Below, piece by piece: positions 28,405-38,097 of a DNA stretch of 64,000 nt (its first letter is position 1; each line of letters opens with the position of its first letter). Made by a program: the position numbers and the translations under genes. The notes under the pieces are model-generated. The model was given only the letters and a program-made list of their open reading frames with translations. It was not told the DNA's origin and ran no database searches. The DNA comes from an uncultured Mediterraneibacter sp. (GTDB taxonomy: Bacteria > Bacillota > Clostridia > Lachnospirales > Lachnospiraceae): contig CALWKB010000017.1 in NCBI GenBank assembly GCA_944381125.1, positions 8,092 through 72,091 of the forward strand, written 5' to 3'.

Positions 28405-30453
28405 ATGAGAAACAAAAGTTCGGGAATAAAGATATACCGGACAGCAGCGGGAAAAAGACAGAAAAATCAGGGGACATTTTCGCTGTTCTGCGTGCAGGCG
28501 GCGGCGACGTGTCTGGTGATGATTTTATGGTGGAATGCCTTTCTGTCTGTATTTCCCGTTCCGTTTCACCGCGGATGGATGTACGCAGGCACATGTCTCT
28601 GGATTGTGATTTCAGGCCTTGCGGGAAGACGGTTCGGATGGAAGGCGGCGTGCGCCGCCCTGGCCGCTGCAGGGCTGTTTTTGTGGTTTTACAGGGAGCC
28701 GCTGTCCGGACTGTATGAGTGGATTTTACAGATGGTACAGAGTATGTCTGTGGAGTCGGCCGGGCAGCAGCCGTTTGAAGACGCATACAGCGGCGTGGCT
28801 GTACTGTGTACGGTTCCTGTTATCGAGCTGCTCATGGCCGTACAGAGACGGGGCCGGGGAAAAGTCTGGGCCGCTCTTATACTCGCGGCGCCCTTTTTTG
28901 CGGCGGCCGCCGCAGGACTGTTTCAGTCCCCGCTGCCCGCATGGCTTCTGATTGCGGGAGAAGGGGTTTACTTCGCGTCTGCCGGGCTGGGCGGAGCGGG
29001 AACAAAGGGCGGAAAAAAGTTTTTCGCCTGGAAACACGCGGCGGCTTCCATACTGATTACGGCAGCGGCGGCTTTTCTTTTTTTTCAGGCAGGAAAGATT
29101 CTGGATGTGCAAAGAGATGAGGAAAACGGCTTTTATATGCAGACCAGGAGCGCGATCCGCACGGAAGTGATCGGGAGAGTACAGGATCTGCTGGATCAAA
29201 GATCTGAAGAAAACCCGGAAGAAAATATGGAAGAAGCTTTCCCTGAGGAAGACGGCTATATTCCGGAACAGGAAACAGCAGAGGATGACATTTCAGAAGA
29301 CAGTCCGGATACTGATTTTTCAGGCCGGATGGGAGAAAGCGGAATGGATGATCTTGGTAGTCTGGCATATTTCCGTCCGCGGCAGGGGCAGGTGTCTTAT
29401 ATAGAGGTGGATGAAAAACCTGAGAAAACCGTATATGTGCCGCTGAGATGGGGAGTCAGTTATTCAGATAATTCATGGACAAAAGAAGATGTGACTTTTT
29501 CAACTCTTGCCCCGTCGGAGGAATACAGAAAATACCCGGATGAACTTGAAAACATGCTGGAAACGCTCTGCGGGGACTGGAAAAACGCGTCGTTTTCTGA
29601 GGTCAGCAGGGGAATCAGCAGTGAGCTTTCCGAAAGGGCGGTTTACGATACAGAACCGGGAGCGACGCCGGAAGGCAGGGATTTTGTAGAATATTTCCTG
29701 ATGGAAAACCATAAAGGGTTTTGTGTTCATTTTGCCACGGCGGCTGTACTGATGTACCGATATTGCGGATATACTGCCAGATATGCGGAAGGATACGCCG
29801 TTCCGGCGGCTTCTTTCCGGGAAAATGATTCCGGCGGCTATGAAGCGCAGATTACAGCTGAAATGGGACATGCGTGGTGCCAGGTATACGACGGGCAGAC
29901 GGAAGAGTGGACGGATATGGAGCATACGCCTCCGGCGCCTGAAGGGGCGGACATACAGCCGCCGGCATCGGATTCGGTCAGAGAGGGGACGGCTGCGGAG
30001 AAAGCAGGAGCAATGCCTGTCTGGCTTCGCAGGCTGAAAGTATGGAGCGCGGCTGCGGCGGGAATTATCGCTTCCGGCGCGATCCTCTTTTTCGGGCAGG
30101 CGGCGGTCCGGACGGCGCGAAGACGAAGAAAATTTTTCGGAAAAGACAGAGGACGGGCGATCTGTGAAATGTACGCGGGAATCATAAAAACAGCTCAATT
30201 TCAGGGTGTGGAAATAAAAGATCCGCTTCTGGAAGACGCGCCTGCCCGGCTGGAAGCCGTATATCCGGAACTGTCCCGGGAAGAATGGGAATGGATGTAT
30301 CGGTGCGTAATGGAAAATATGTTTTATCATCCCCGGCGCGGAAAAGAAAGCCGGGAAAAAATGAGAAGCCTGTATATCAGGTTCAGGAAAGCGGCATACA
30401 GCCGCATGAAGCCTGCGGAAAAATGGCGGTTCAGATATATTCTCTGCCTGTGA
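28405..30453 (+). CDS. Membrane transglutaminase-like domain protein
   Basis: Multi-TM N-terminus; GFCVHFATA (catalytic Cys), ARYAEGY, HAW; the third triad residue appears to be Glu (MEHTP). Confidence 0.88.
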   Translation: MRNKSSGIKIYRTAAGKRQKNQGTFSLFCVQAAATCLVMILWWNAFLSVFPVPFHRGWMYAGTCLWIVISGLAGRRFGWKAACAALAAAGLFLWFYREPLSGLYEWILQMVQSMSVESAGQQPFEDAYSGVAVLCTVPVIELLMAVQRRGRGKVWAALILAAPFFAAAAAGLFQSPLPAWLLIAGEGVYFASAGLGGAGTKGGKKFFAWKHAAASILITAAAAFLFFQAGKILDVQRDEENGFYMQTRSAIRTEVIGRVQDLLDQRSEENPEENMEEAFPEEDGYIPEQETAEDDISEDSPDTDFSGRMGESGMDDLGSLAYFRPRQGQVSYIEVDEKPEKTVYVPLRWGVSYSDNSWTKEDVTFSTLAPSEEYRKYPDELENMLETLCGDWKNASFSEVSRGISSELSERAVYDTEPGATPEGRDFVEYFLMENHKGFCVHFATAAVLMYRYCGYTARYAEGYAVPAASFRENDSGGYEAQITAEMGHAWCQVYDGQTEEWTDMEHTPPAPEGADIQPPASDSVREGTAAEKAGAMPVWLRRLKVWSAAAAGIIASGAILFFGQAAVRTARRRRKFFGKDRGRAICEMYAGIIKTAQFQGVEIKDPLLEDAPARLEAVYPELSREEWEWMYRCVMENMFYHPRRGKESREKMRSLYIRFRKAAYSRMKPAEKWRFRYILCL

Positions 30454-30492
30454 TGCGTGTGGCGGAAAAATAAACAGAAAGAGGATCAGATC

Positions 30493-30933
30493 ATGATACG
30501 AAGACTGGAAGAAAAAGACAGAAAACTGTATATAGAAATGGCGGGAGAGTTTTATCATTCGGATGCGGTGCTCCATCCTGTTCCGGATATACATTTTGAA
30601 AAAACAGTTTCCGAGGCTCTGCGTTCCGGCGGAGGGGCGGAAATATTCATTCTGGAATACAACGGCGAGCCTGCCGGATATGCCCTGACAGCAAGGAGCT
30701 TTTCTCAGGAGGCCGGAGGCATGGTGACATGGATTGAGGAAATCTATGTGCGGGACGCGTACCGTTCGAAAGGGCTTGGAAGAGAATTCTTTGATTATGT
30801 GGAAAAAAACAGGGGAACTGGAACGGTGCGCATACGTCTGGAAGTGGAAGCGGATAACACAAGGGCTATGGATCTTTACAGAAAACTTGGGTTTGAAGTG
30901 CTGGATTACGTGCAGATGGTCAGAGATTTCTGA
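30493..30933 (+). CDS. GNAT family N-acetyltransferase
   Basis: WIEEIYV...YRSKGLG, N.RA..LY.KLGF. Confidence 0.9.
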   Translation: MIRRLEEKDRKLYIEMAGEFYHSDAVLHPVPDIHFEKTVSEALRSGGGAEIFILEYNGEPAGYALTARSFSQEAGGMVTWIEEIYVRDAYRSKGLGREFFDYVEKNRGTGTVRIRLEVEADNTRAMDLYRKLGFEVLDYVQMVRDF

Positions 30934-31011
30934 CAGGGCGCTTTGCCGGGCGCGCGCACGGCGCCGTGAATACATGTATACAATCCAAAACTAAATTCTT
31001 TGATTATACCG

Positions 31012-31041
31012 TTGCAAGAAATATATGAATAATGCTATAAT
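31012..31041 (+). promoter_or_regulatory. sigma-A promoter of the 31092-36435 operon
   Basis: TTGCAA-18nt-TATAAT with extended -10 TGc. Confidence 0.7.
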
Positions 31042-31091
31042 TCATAGTAGCGTTTTTTTGCCATTTGGGCAGAAAAAAGAATTGTGAGTAG

Positions 31092-34000
31092 GTGACTGTT
31101 TTGAAAAATAAGATCAAGCGATTTGCCAAAGGAGATTTTCATATTCCGCAGCCGGATATAATTTTTCCTGAAACCCGGATTGTGATGCGGGTCGGCGAAG
31201 GAGAAAAGTACAGAGGAAGTTTTTCGCTTCAGAATCAGGGAGAGGGGACCATACGGGGGCTTGTATATCCTTCTTCTTACCGGGTGGTCTGCGACGAGCA
31301 GGGGTTTGACGGAAACCCGGTAAATATTTACTATACATACGATGGAACGGGCCTCGTTCCGGGACATGTCGAGCACGGTAAATTTACGATTGTCTGCAAC
31401 GGAGGAGAGTACGATATCGAGTTTACCGCAATCATCGAAAAGCCTTACGTTATGACGCACTACGGGAAAATTCAGAGCCTGGAAGATTTTAAAAAGCTTT
31501 CTTTCCGTGACGCGGCCGAGGCTGTGAAACTGTTCCGGTCCCGTGATTTTTATGAAATTCTCAAATACGAAGACAAGCGGATTCAGGCGCTCTATGACAA
31601 TATGCGCAGATGGGAACTGGATCAGCATGCCCTGGAGGAATTTCTTGTAGGCTGTAAACAGAAGGAAAAAATATTTCTGACGCTGGAGGAGGAGAGCCGG
31701 GCTTTCATATCTCTTACCGAAGCGCGCAAGGAAACGTTCACAATAAAGAAAAACACATGGGGATATCTTGAAATTGACGTCCGCACGGAAGGGGATTTCC
31801 TCTATGTGGAGCATACCCGCATTACGACGGAAGAGTTTATCGGGAATTCCTACCGGCTTGAATATTTTATCACGGTCGAGAATCTCCACAAAGGCAGCAA
31901 TTTCGGAAGGATCATACTTGAAACGCCTTACGAAACGCTGACTTATGAGATTGTTGTGGAAAAGGATATCGTAAGAGGAGAGGAACGCCGCGCAAATGAC
32001 AGGGAGTTTGCCGGAATCATAAGGAATTATCTGAAATATGAGAGCGGAGCGACGGATCTTAATACATGGGTGGAAGACGCTCTGAAAAGAATTACTCATC
32101 TGGAAGAAGCGGATCCTAAAAACGAGACATATCTTCTTGTCCATGCGCACATCTGTCTGCTGAGCGGCGGACAGGAGGAGGCGAAGCAGCTTCTTGAATC
32201 CTATAATTATAATCGCTTCGCGATCGGGAAGGATGTGGAACTGAGCTCTTATTATCTTTATCTCACCACCCTTCTGAGCAACGACTCGGCCGGACAGAGA
32301 AGAGTGGCGGAAGAGTTGTCAAGATCTTTTGTGAAACATCTGGACAGCTGGAGAATTCTCTGTATGCTTGTGGAAGTGGACTCTGAGTACAAGATTTACA
32401 GCGAAAGGCTCAGAGCGCTGGAAAAACAGTTTTACGAGGACCGTTCGCACAGTATCTGGTTTTACCTGCAGGCGTTCAGATGCTTCAGAGAGAAGAGCTC
32501 TTCTCTTAAAAAACTGGGAATGTTTGAAGTCCGGGTGCTTCTGTTCGCGGTGAAGCACAGGCTTATGACGAGGGAGCTGGCTCTTTATACGGCAAATCTC
32601 GCAAGTCAGATGAAAGTCTTTGACAGACATCTGTATGACGTGCTTGTACAGTCTTACGGCATGTACAAAGAGTCCATGATCCTGACGGCAATCTGTCCCC
32701 TTCTGATAAAAGGAAACTGTGTTGAGTCTGTGTATTTTAAATGGTATCAGAAGGCGGTGGAGTCGGAACTTAAGATCGCTCAGCTGTATGAATATTATAT
32801 GGCGGCAGTAATTCCCGAGCGGTTCAACAAAGCGCTTCCGAGATCGGTATACCTGTATTTTATGCACGGAAATACGCTGAATTATCAGAAATGCGCGTTT
32901 CTGTACGCAAATCTGATTACATATGAAGACGAGACGAGTGAGATATACGCACATTACAGGGATGAGATGGAGGCGTTCGCCTGGAATCAGCTGGACCGCA
33001 GAAATGTGGACAATCAGCTCAGGATTATCTATAAACGCTTTATCTCCGAATCCCAGATGAATACGGAACGCATCAAAGCGCTTTATGACATATGCCACGC
33101 GTATCAGATTACGACAAAAGTACCGAATATGAAATATATTCATGTAATTGCGGAAGACGGAACGGTTACGCAGAAGGCGCCTTATACAGAAAACGGCGCG
33201 AGAGTCTTTCTGTATTCCAAGACAGACCGGCTTGTATGGGAGGCGCGGGACGGAAGGCATTACACAGATTCCATTCCGTATGAGAGCAGAAGGCTGTTTT
33301 ACGAACTCCGGTATATGGATATGTGCAGGAAATATCTCAGCGGAATGCGCAGAAACCGTGCGGAGGAAGAAGACGCGGAGCTTACGCTCGAGCGCGTGCG
33401 TGAAAAAGGGCTGGAAAACTTCCGTGAAGAAGAGATATTTAATCTGTGCAGCAGAACGATACGTGAAAACAATTATGAAAATGATGACTTCCTCACATAT
33501 GTCTGCTTTGATCTTTTCCTGAAGCGGCAGTACGATAAAGTAATTCTTACTTATCTGGCAAATTATTACTGCGGGGCCACTTCAGACATGAAGCTTCTCT
33601 GGAGAGAGGCGCGCGAATACGAAGTCCACACGCATAAACTGGCGGAGCGCATTCTTACGCAGATGCTTTTCTCTGAAGAACTTTTCCAGGAAGCGCAGAT
33701 TTTTGAACAGTACTATGCGGAAGGAGCATATTTCCGGCTGCAGCAGGCATATCTGGTTTATGTTTCCAGAGAGTATGTGGTTGAATCAAGGAAAATCGGG
33801 CGGAGTGTAATAGATATCATATGCCGTGAGTACGAAAAAGGCGAGGAAACGGCGGACGTCTGCAAGATCGCGGTTCTGAAATATTACGCGGATAAGGAGT
33901 ACAGCTCCCAGACTCGCAGGACTCTCAGAAAGTTCATGCAGGATCTCTGCGGCAAGCAGATATATTTCCCGTTTTTCCTGTCTTACGAAAAGGAATGGCT

Positions 34001-34394
34001 GATCGAGCTTCAGCTCTGGGATAAAACTCTTATTGAGTATAAAGGCCAGAAAGGAAGCCGCGTTATGCTTTACTATCAGCTTCAGAACGGCAGGAATGAA
34101 TCCACGGAGTATTCGACGGAAGTTCTGACGCCGATGTATGAAAATCTGTATGTGAAGAAATTTGTTCTGTTTACAGATGAAAGGCTGAAATATTATTTTA
34201 AAGAGACGATAGACGGCAATTCCTACCGGAGCGACAAAGAGACATGTACGGGGAAAGCCGAGCCGGGCGAGCCGGGACGATTCGGAAGAATTAATGATAT
34301 TCTGCTCGAAAAAGATGCGGAAAAACGCGAGAAAAAGATGAAAAACTACGCGCTGGAAGACGCATGTGCGGCGCGGATGTTTGTACAGTATTAA
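31092..34394 (+). CDS. Large cytoplasmic protein, probably DUF5717 family (Ig-like domains plus helical repeats)
   Basis: 1100-aa ORF with GTG start; no signal peptide or TM; DUF name from recall. Confidence 0.75.
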   Translation: MTVLKNKIKRFAKGDFHIPQPDIIFPETRIVMRVGEGEKYRGSFSLQNQGEGTIRGLVYPSSYRVVCDEQGFDGNPVNIYYTYDGTGLVPGHVEHGKFTIVCNGGEYDIEFTAIIEKPYVMTHYGKIQSLEDFKKLSFRDAAEAVKLFRSRDFYEILKYEDKRIQALYDNMRRWELDQHALEEFLVGCKQKEKIFLTLEEESRAFISLTEARKETFTIKKNTWGYLEIDVRTEGDFLYVEHTRITTEEFIGNSYRLEYFITVENLHKGSNFGRIILETPYETLTYEIVVEKDIVRGEERRANDREFAGIIRNYLKYESGATDLNTWVEDALKRITHLEEADPKNETYLLVHAHICLLSGGQEEAKQLLESYNYNRFAIGKDVELSSYYLYLTTLLSNDSAGQRRVAEELSRSFVKHLDSWRILCMLVEVDSEYKIYSERLRALEKQFYEDRSHSIWFYLQAFRCFREKSSSLKKLGMFEVRVLLFAVKHRLMTRELALYTANLASQMKVFDRHLYDVLVQSYGMYKESMILTAICPLLIKGNCVESVYFKWYQKAVESELKIAQLYEYYMAAVIPERFNKALPRSVYLYFMHGNTLNYQKCAFLYANLITYEDETSEIYAHYRDEMEAFAWNQLDRRNVDNQLRIIYKRFISESQMNTERIKALYDICHAYQITTKVPNMKYIHVIAEDGTVTQKAPYTENGARVFLYSKTDRLVWEARDGRHYTDSIPYESRRLFYELRYMDMCRKYLSGMRRNRAEEEDAELTLERVREKGLENFREEEIFNLCSRTIRENNYENDDFLTYVCFDLFLKRQYDKVILTYLANYYCGATSDMKLLWREAREYEVHTHKLAERILTQMLFSEELFQEAQIFEQYYAEGAYFRLQQAYLVYVSREYVVESRKIGRSVIDIICREYEKGEETADVCKIAVLKYYADKEYSSQTRRTLRKFMQDLCGKQIYFPFFLSYEKEWLIELQLWDKTLIEYKGQKGSRVMLYYQLQNGRNESTEYSTEVLTPMYENLYVKKFVLFTDERLKYYFKETIDGNSYRSDKETCTGKAEPGEPGRFGRINDILLEKDAEKREKKMKNYALEDACAARMFVQY

Positions 34395-34409
34395 GGAGGT
34401 TGTCTTCTC

Positions 34410-35693
34410 ATGGGGCAGGGCAGCATTATAGGATATGAAATAAATGAAAAGACATGCCAGATCAGTTATTATAACGATCAGCATCTTGAGCCGGATACGC
34501 TTGAAGTGGACGCCGACAATTATCAGATTCCTCTGATTATCGGAAAACTGAGAGACACCTGGGCATATGGCAAAGAGGCAAAGAGGCTTGTCTCGATAAA
34601 AGAAGGCTTTACTGTCACGCGGCTTCTGAGCAAAAGTCTGGCCGGCGACAAGATTGAATTCGGAGAGGAAACTTATGACGCGGTCTGGCTTTTATCTCAG
34701 TTTATACAGATGTCGCTTCAGCCGTTCCCGGAGATAGAAGGAATTGTATTTACCGTTCCCGCGCTGACGGAGGATCTTGCGCATATGCTCCGGGGAATAG
34801 CGGCAAGAATGAATATCAATAAACATCATGTATTCATACAGGATTATAAGGAAAGTTTCTGCAACTATCTATTTTATCAGCCGAAAGAACTGTGGCAGTA
34901 CGACGCCGCGCTGTTCTGCTGTGACAGAAACGAAATCCGCGCGTTTATGCTCCGCAGACTGAAGCCGGGGCTTGGCGGCGGCAAGACGACGTTTGTTACG
35001 GTGGACGAGGTGGCCAGCGCCCATATGAAAGAACTCGCCATGGTTTACCCTGTTCTGAACGAGGACAAGGCAAAAGAGGCGGACACGATGTTCTGCAAAT
35101 TTATTCAGAGCGTTTTTGACAAAAGGCTTGTTTCTTCCGTATTCCTGACGGGAGAAGGATTTGAAAACAACTGGTATCCGAAAGCGCTTCGCATGCTCTG
35201 CAACGGGCGCAGGGCCTTTATCGGAAACAACCTTTACAGTAAAGGAGCCTGTTACACGGCGTACCGCAGACTTTTTATGCATATCGAAAATCCGGTCTAT
35301 CTTTCGGCGGACAAGCTGACGGACCAGATCACTGTAAACATGCGGGTGGATGGACAGGAGATGTGGTATCCGATTGTTTCCTGGGGGGCGCACTGGTATG
35401 AGTCGAATAATCAGTGGGAAGTGATTCTCGAGAATACAGAAGACATTGAATTCCATATTGAGTCTCTGATTCAGGGAAATGTGAGAACGGAAAAGATTTC
35501 TCTGGAGAAATTCCCGAAACGGGCGGAATACTCCATGCGTCTGCAGCTGGAAACCATGTTTCTGGATGAAAAAACATGTAAAATCACAGTCAGAGACGAG
35601 GGGTTCGGAGACTTTTTCCCGGCTACGGATTTCCGGGAGGAGAAGATTATTCACTTAGGAGGCAATGATGGGAAGTTTAATTCTTTGTCATGA
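34410..35693 (+). CDS. Degenerate Hsp70/DnaK-fold protein, probably DUF5716 family
   Basis: RBS AGGAGG; collinear similarity to DnaK motifs (see findings); DUF name from recall. Confidence 0.75.
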   Translation: MGQGSIIGYEINEKTCQISYYNDQHLEPDTLEVDADNYQIPLIIGKLRDTWAYGKEAKRLVSIKEGFTVTRLLSKSLAGDKIEFGEETYDAVWLLSQFIQMSLQPFPEIEGIVFTVPALTEDLAHMLRGIAARMNINKHHVFIQDYKESFCNYLFYQPKELWQYDAALFCCDRNEIRAFMLRRLKPGLGGGKTTFVTVDEVASAHMKELAMVYPVLNEDKAKEADTMFCKFIQSVFDKRLVSSVFLTGEGFENNWYPKALRMLCNGRRAFIGNNLYSKGACYTAYRRLFMHIENPVYLSADKLTDQITVNMRVDGQEMWYPIVSWGAHWYESNNQWEVILENTEDIEFHIESLIQGNVRTEKISLEKFPKRAEYSMRLQLETMFLDEKTCKITVRDEGFGDFFPATDFREEKIIHLGGNDGKFNSLS

Positions 35694-36435
35694 CAGGCAT
35701 GCGGCGCATCCCTATGAGATCACCAGGATCCACTGCAGGATATATACAATAGAGGAGCTCTGCTATTATCTTTGCAACAATCTTTATCTGATCGATTACA
35801 CGATTATGAATGAACAGCTTTGTACGTGGCTGGACGATGAACTGGGCATGAACAGCCTGGCGGAGAGTCTGAGAGACGTGCTGAGGCTGCGCGGATCAGT
35901 GGAGAAATTTGTACTTACCATTTTGAAAGAATCCAGAATATACCGGGAGCCGGAGATGATACGGATCCAGAATGTTCTGGAGCATCTGAAAAACCAGAAG
36001 GATATTGAACGCCAGAAATATAAGGGAGACAACCTGCTGGAAAGCGGGGAAGTCGAGGAGGCGATTCTTGTCTATCAGGCGATTCTTAATCAGGAAAAGG
36101 ACGAAAGCGTAGACGAAAAGTTTTACGGCAAGATTTACGCCGGGCTCGGAGCGGCATACGGCAGGCTTTTCCTGTACCAGGAATCGGCCAGAATGTATGA
36201 CAGAGCTTATCAGATCTGCGCGGACGAGGCTCTTCTCAAGCCATATCTTTACGCGTCTTATAAATATCTTTCTCTGGAGGAGTATCACATCCTGATTACA
36301 AAGCGTGACGACTACATGCGGATAAACGCTGAAATGCGCAGAGAAATCGAAGATGTGAAAAAGGGAATGCAGACAGAAACGGACGAAGACCTTCTGGAAC
36401 AGTGGAAAAGACAGCACCGCAGGAGCCACGGTTGA
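35668..36435 (+). CDS. TPR-like helical protein of unknown function
   Basis: Start overlaps the upstream stop, RBS AGGAGG; TPR-like GDNLLESGEVEEAILVYQAIL and YAGLGAAYGRLFLYQESARMYDRAYQ. Confidence 0.75.
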   Translation: MGSLILCHDRHAAHPYEITRIHCRIYTIEELCYYLCNNLYLIDYTIMNEQLCTWLDDELGMNSLAESLRDVLRLRGSVEKFVLTILKESRIYREPEMIRIQNVLEHLKNQKDIERQKYKGDNLLESGEVEEAILVYQAILNQEKDESVDEKFYGKIYAGLGAAYGRLFLYQESARMYDRAYQICADEALLKPYLYASYKYLSLEEYHILITKRDDYMRINAEMRREIEDVKKGMQTETDEDLLEQWKRQHRRSHG

Positions 36436-36460
36436 CAGCCGGGAGCGGGTATGGTAGAAT
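36432..36460 (+). promoter_or_regulatory. sigma-A promoter of the amino acid ABC operon
   Basis: TTGACA-17nt-TAGAAT with extended -10 TG; short inverted repeat acggta-ctt-taccgt at 36464-36478. Confidence 0.75.
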
Positions 36461-36541
36461 ACAACGGTACTTTACCGTAGTACAGTAGCTCATCGGTAGA
36501 GAAAAAAAGTGACACCGAATCTGCGGTGGTGGGAGGAAAAA

Positions 36542-37351
36542 ATGAAAAAAAGAGTAGTGAGTTTATTATTGTGTGCGGTTCTCGCGGTTTCTGCAACAGT
36601 CGGATGCGGCTCAGACAAAAAGTCCGCGGGAGATGATTCGGCGACTGATATGGAGTATGTAAAGGATAAAGGGACGCTTGTTGTCGGCATCACCAATTTT
36701 GAACCTATGGATTATAAGGACGAAAACGGCGAGTGGATCGGATTTGACGCGGATCTGGCTAAAAAATTCGGCGAAAGCCTCGGCGTGGATGTGGAATTTA
36801 TCGAAATTGACTGGGATAATAAAATCATGGAGCTTGACGGAAAGACGATCGACTGTGTCTGGAACGGAATGACTCTTACAGATGAGGTGACAAGTTCCAT
36901 GGACTGTACGGACGCTTATCTTGTAAATGCGCAGGTTGTAGTTGTTCCGACTGACGTTGCCGATAAATATCAGGATGAAGAAAGTCTTGCGGATCTGAGC
37001 TTTGCGGCTGAGGCGGGAAGCGCGGGCGAAGAACAGCTGGAAACGAGAGAGCTTCAGGTGACTCCGGTGCCGGCGCAGGCGGACGCGCTTATGGAAGTTG
37101 CCGCAGGTACGTCTGACGCTGCGGTGATAGACCTTCTGATGGCGGCGGCTATGATCGGCGAGGGAACAAGCTATGAGGATCTTACATATACCGTACATTT
37201 AAACAGTGAAGAATACGGAGTCGGATTCAGAAAAGGATCGGATCTGAAAGATGAACTGAACGGGTTCTTCAGCACCTGCTATGAAGACGGCACGATTCAG
37301 GAACTGGCTCAGACTTACGGCGTACAGGATATGCTGGTCGGCCAGGAATAG
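36542..37351 (+). CDS. Polar amino acid ABC transporter substrate-binding lipoprotein
   Basis: Lipobox TVGC; GFDADLA, IDWD.KI.EL...IDCVWNGM, EEYGVGFRKG. Confidence 0.93.
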   Translation: MKKRVVSLLLCAVLAVSATVGCGSDKKSAGDDSATDMEYVKDKGTLVVGITNFEPMDYKDENGEWIGFDADLAKKFGESLGVDVEFIEIDWDNKIMELDGKTIDCVWNGMTLTDEVTSSMDCTDAYLVNAQVVVVPTDVADKYQDEESLADLSFAAEAGSAGEEQLETRELQVTPVPAQADALMEVAAGTSDAAVIDLLMAAAMIGEGTSYEDLTYTVHLNSEEYGVGFRKGSDLKDELNGFFSTCYEDGTIQELAQTYGVQDMLVGQE

Positions 37352-37401
37352 AGAATATGCGCGCATATTAGGTAAAATAAGCAGATAAACGGAGTTGTAT
37401 C

Positions 37402-38085
37402 ATGACATTTTCAGAACAGTTTCCAATTGTTTTTCAGGCGCTGAACGTAGGATTCGCGCAGACTTTAAAGTTGTTTTTTGTAACGCTTTTAGGCGCGATT
37501 CCGCTGGGGCTGATTATTTCTTTCGGATCCATGTCCCATTTCAGGCCCCTGAGTTATTTTACAAAGATTATTGTATGGATCATCAGAGGAACTCCTCTGA
37601 TGATCCAGCTTTTGATCATATATTTTATGCCGGGGCTTGTGTTCGGAAATAATATATGGGGCGGCGACGAGAACGGGCGGTTCCTGGCCGCTTCCGTTGG
37701 CTTTATTTTCAATTACGCATGTTATTTTTCAGAAATCTACAGGGGCGGCATTCAGGGAGTCCCGAAGGGCCAGGAAGAGGCCGGGCTTGTCCTTGGTATG
37801 ACGAAAAGCCAGATTTTCTTCAAAGTAACATTTATGCAGATGGTAAAGCGGATTGTGCCGCCGATGTCCAACGAAATTATTACGCTTGTTAAGGATACTT
37901 CCCTTGCCCGCATCATTTCCCTGCAGGAGGTTATCTGGGCGGGACAGTCTTTCATGAAGGGAAATATGGGCATTGCAGGAGTGATCTGGCCGCTGTTTTT
38001 CACGGCGGTATATTATCTTATCTTCAGCGGCATCCTGACCGTCCTTCTGGGCCGTCTTGAGAAAAAACTTGAATATTTCAGATAG
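37402..38085 (+). CDS. Polar amino acid ABC transporter permease
   Basis: RGTPLMIQL, YFSEIYRGGI..VPKGQ.EA, LVKDTSL. Confidence 0.95.
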   Translation: MTFSEQFPIVFQALNVGFAQTLKLFFVTLLGAIPLGLIISFGSMSHFRPLSYFTKIIVWIIRGTPLMIQLLIIYFMPGLVFGNNIWGGDENGRFLAASVGFIFNYACYFSEIYRGGIQGVPKGQEEAGLVLGMTKSQIFFKVTFMQMVKRIVPPMSNEIITLVKDTSLARIISLQEVIWAGQSFMKGNMGIAGVIWPLFFTAVYYLIFSGILTVLLGRLEKKLEYFR

Positions 38086-38097
38086 GAGGCGGGATAT

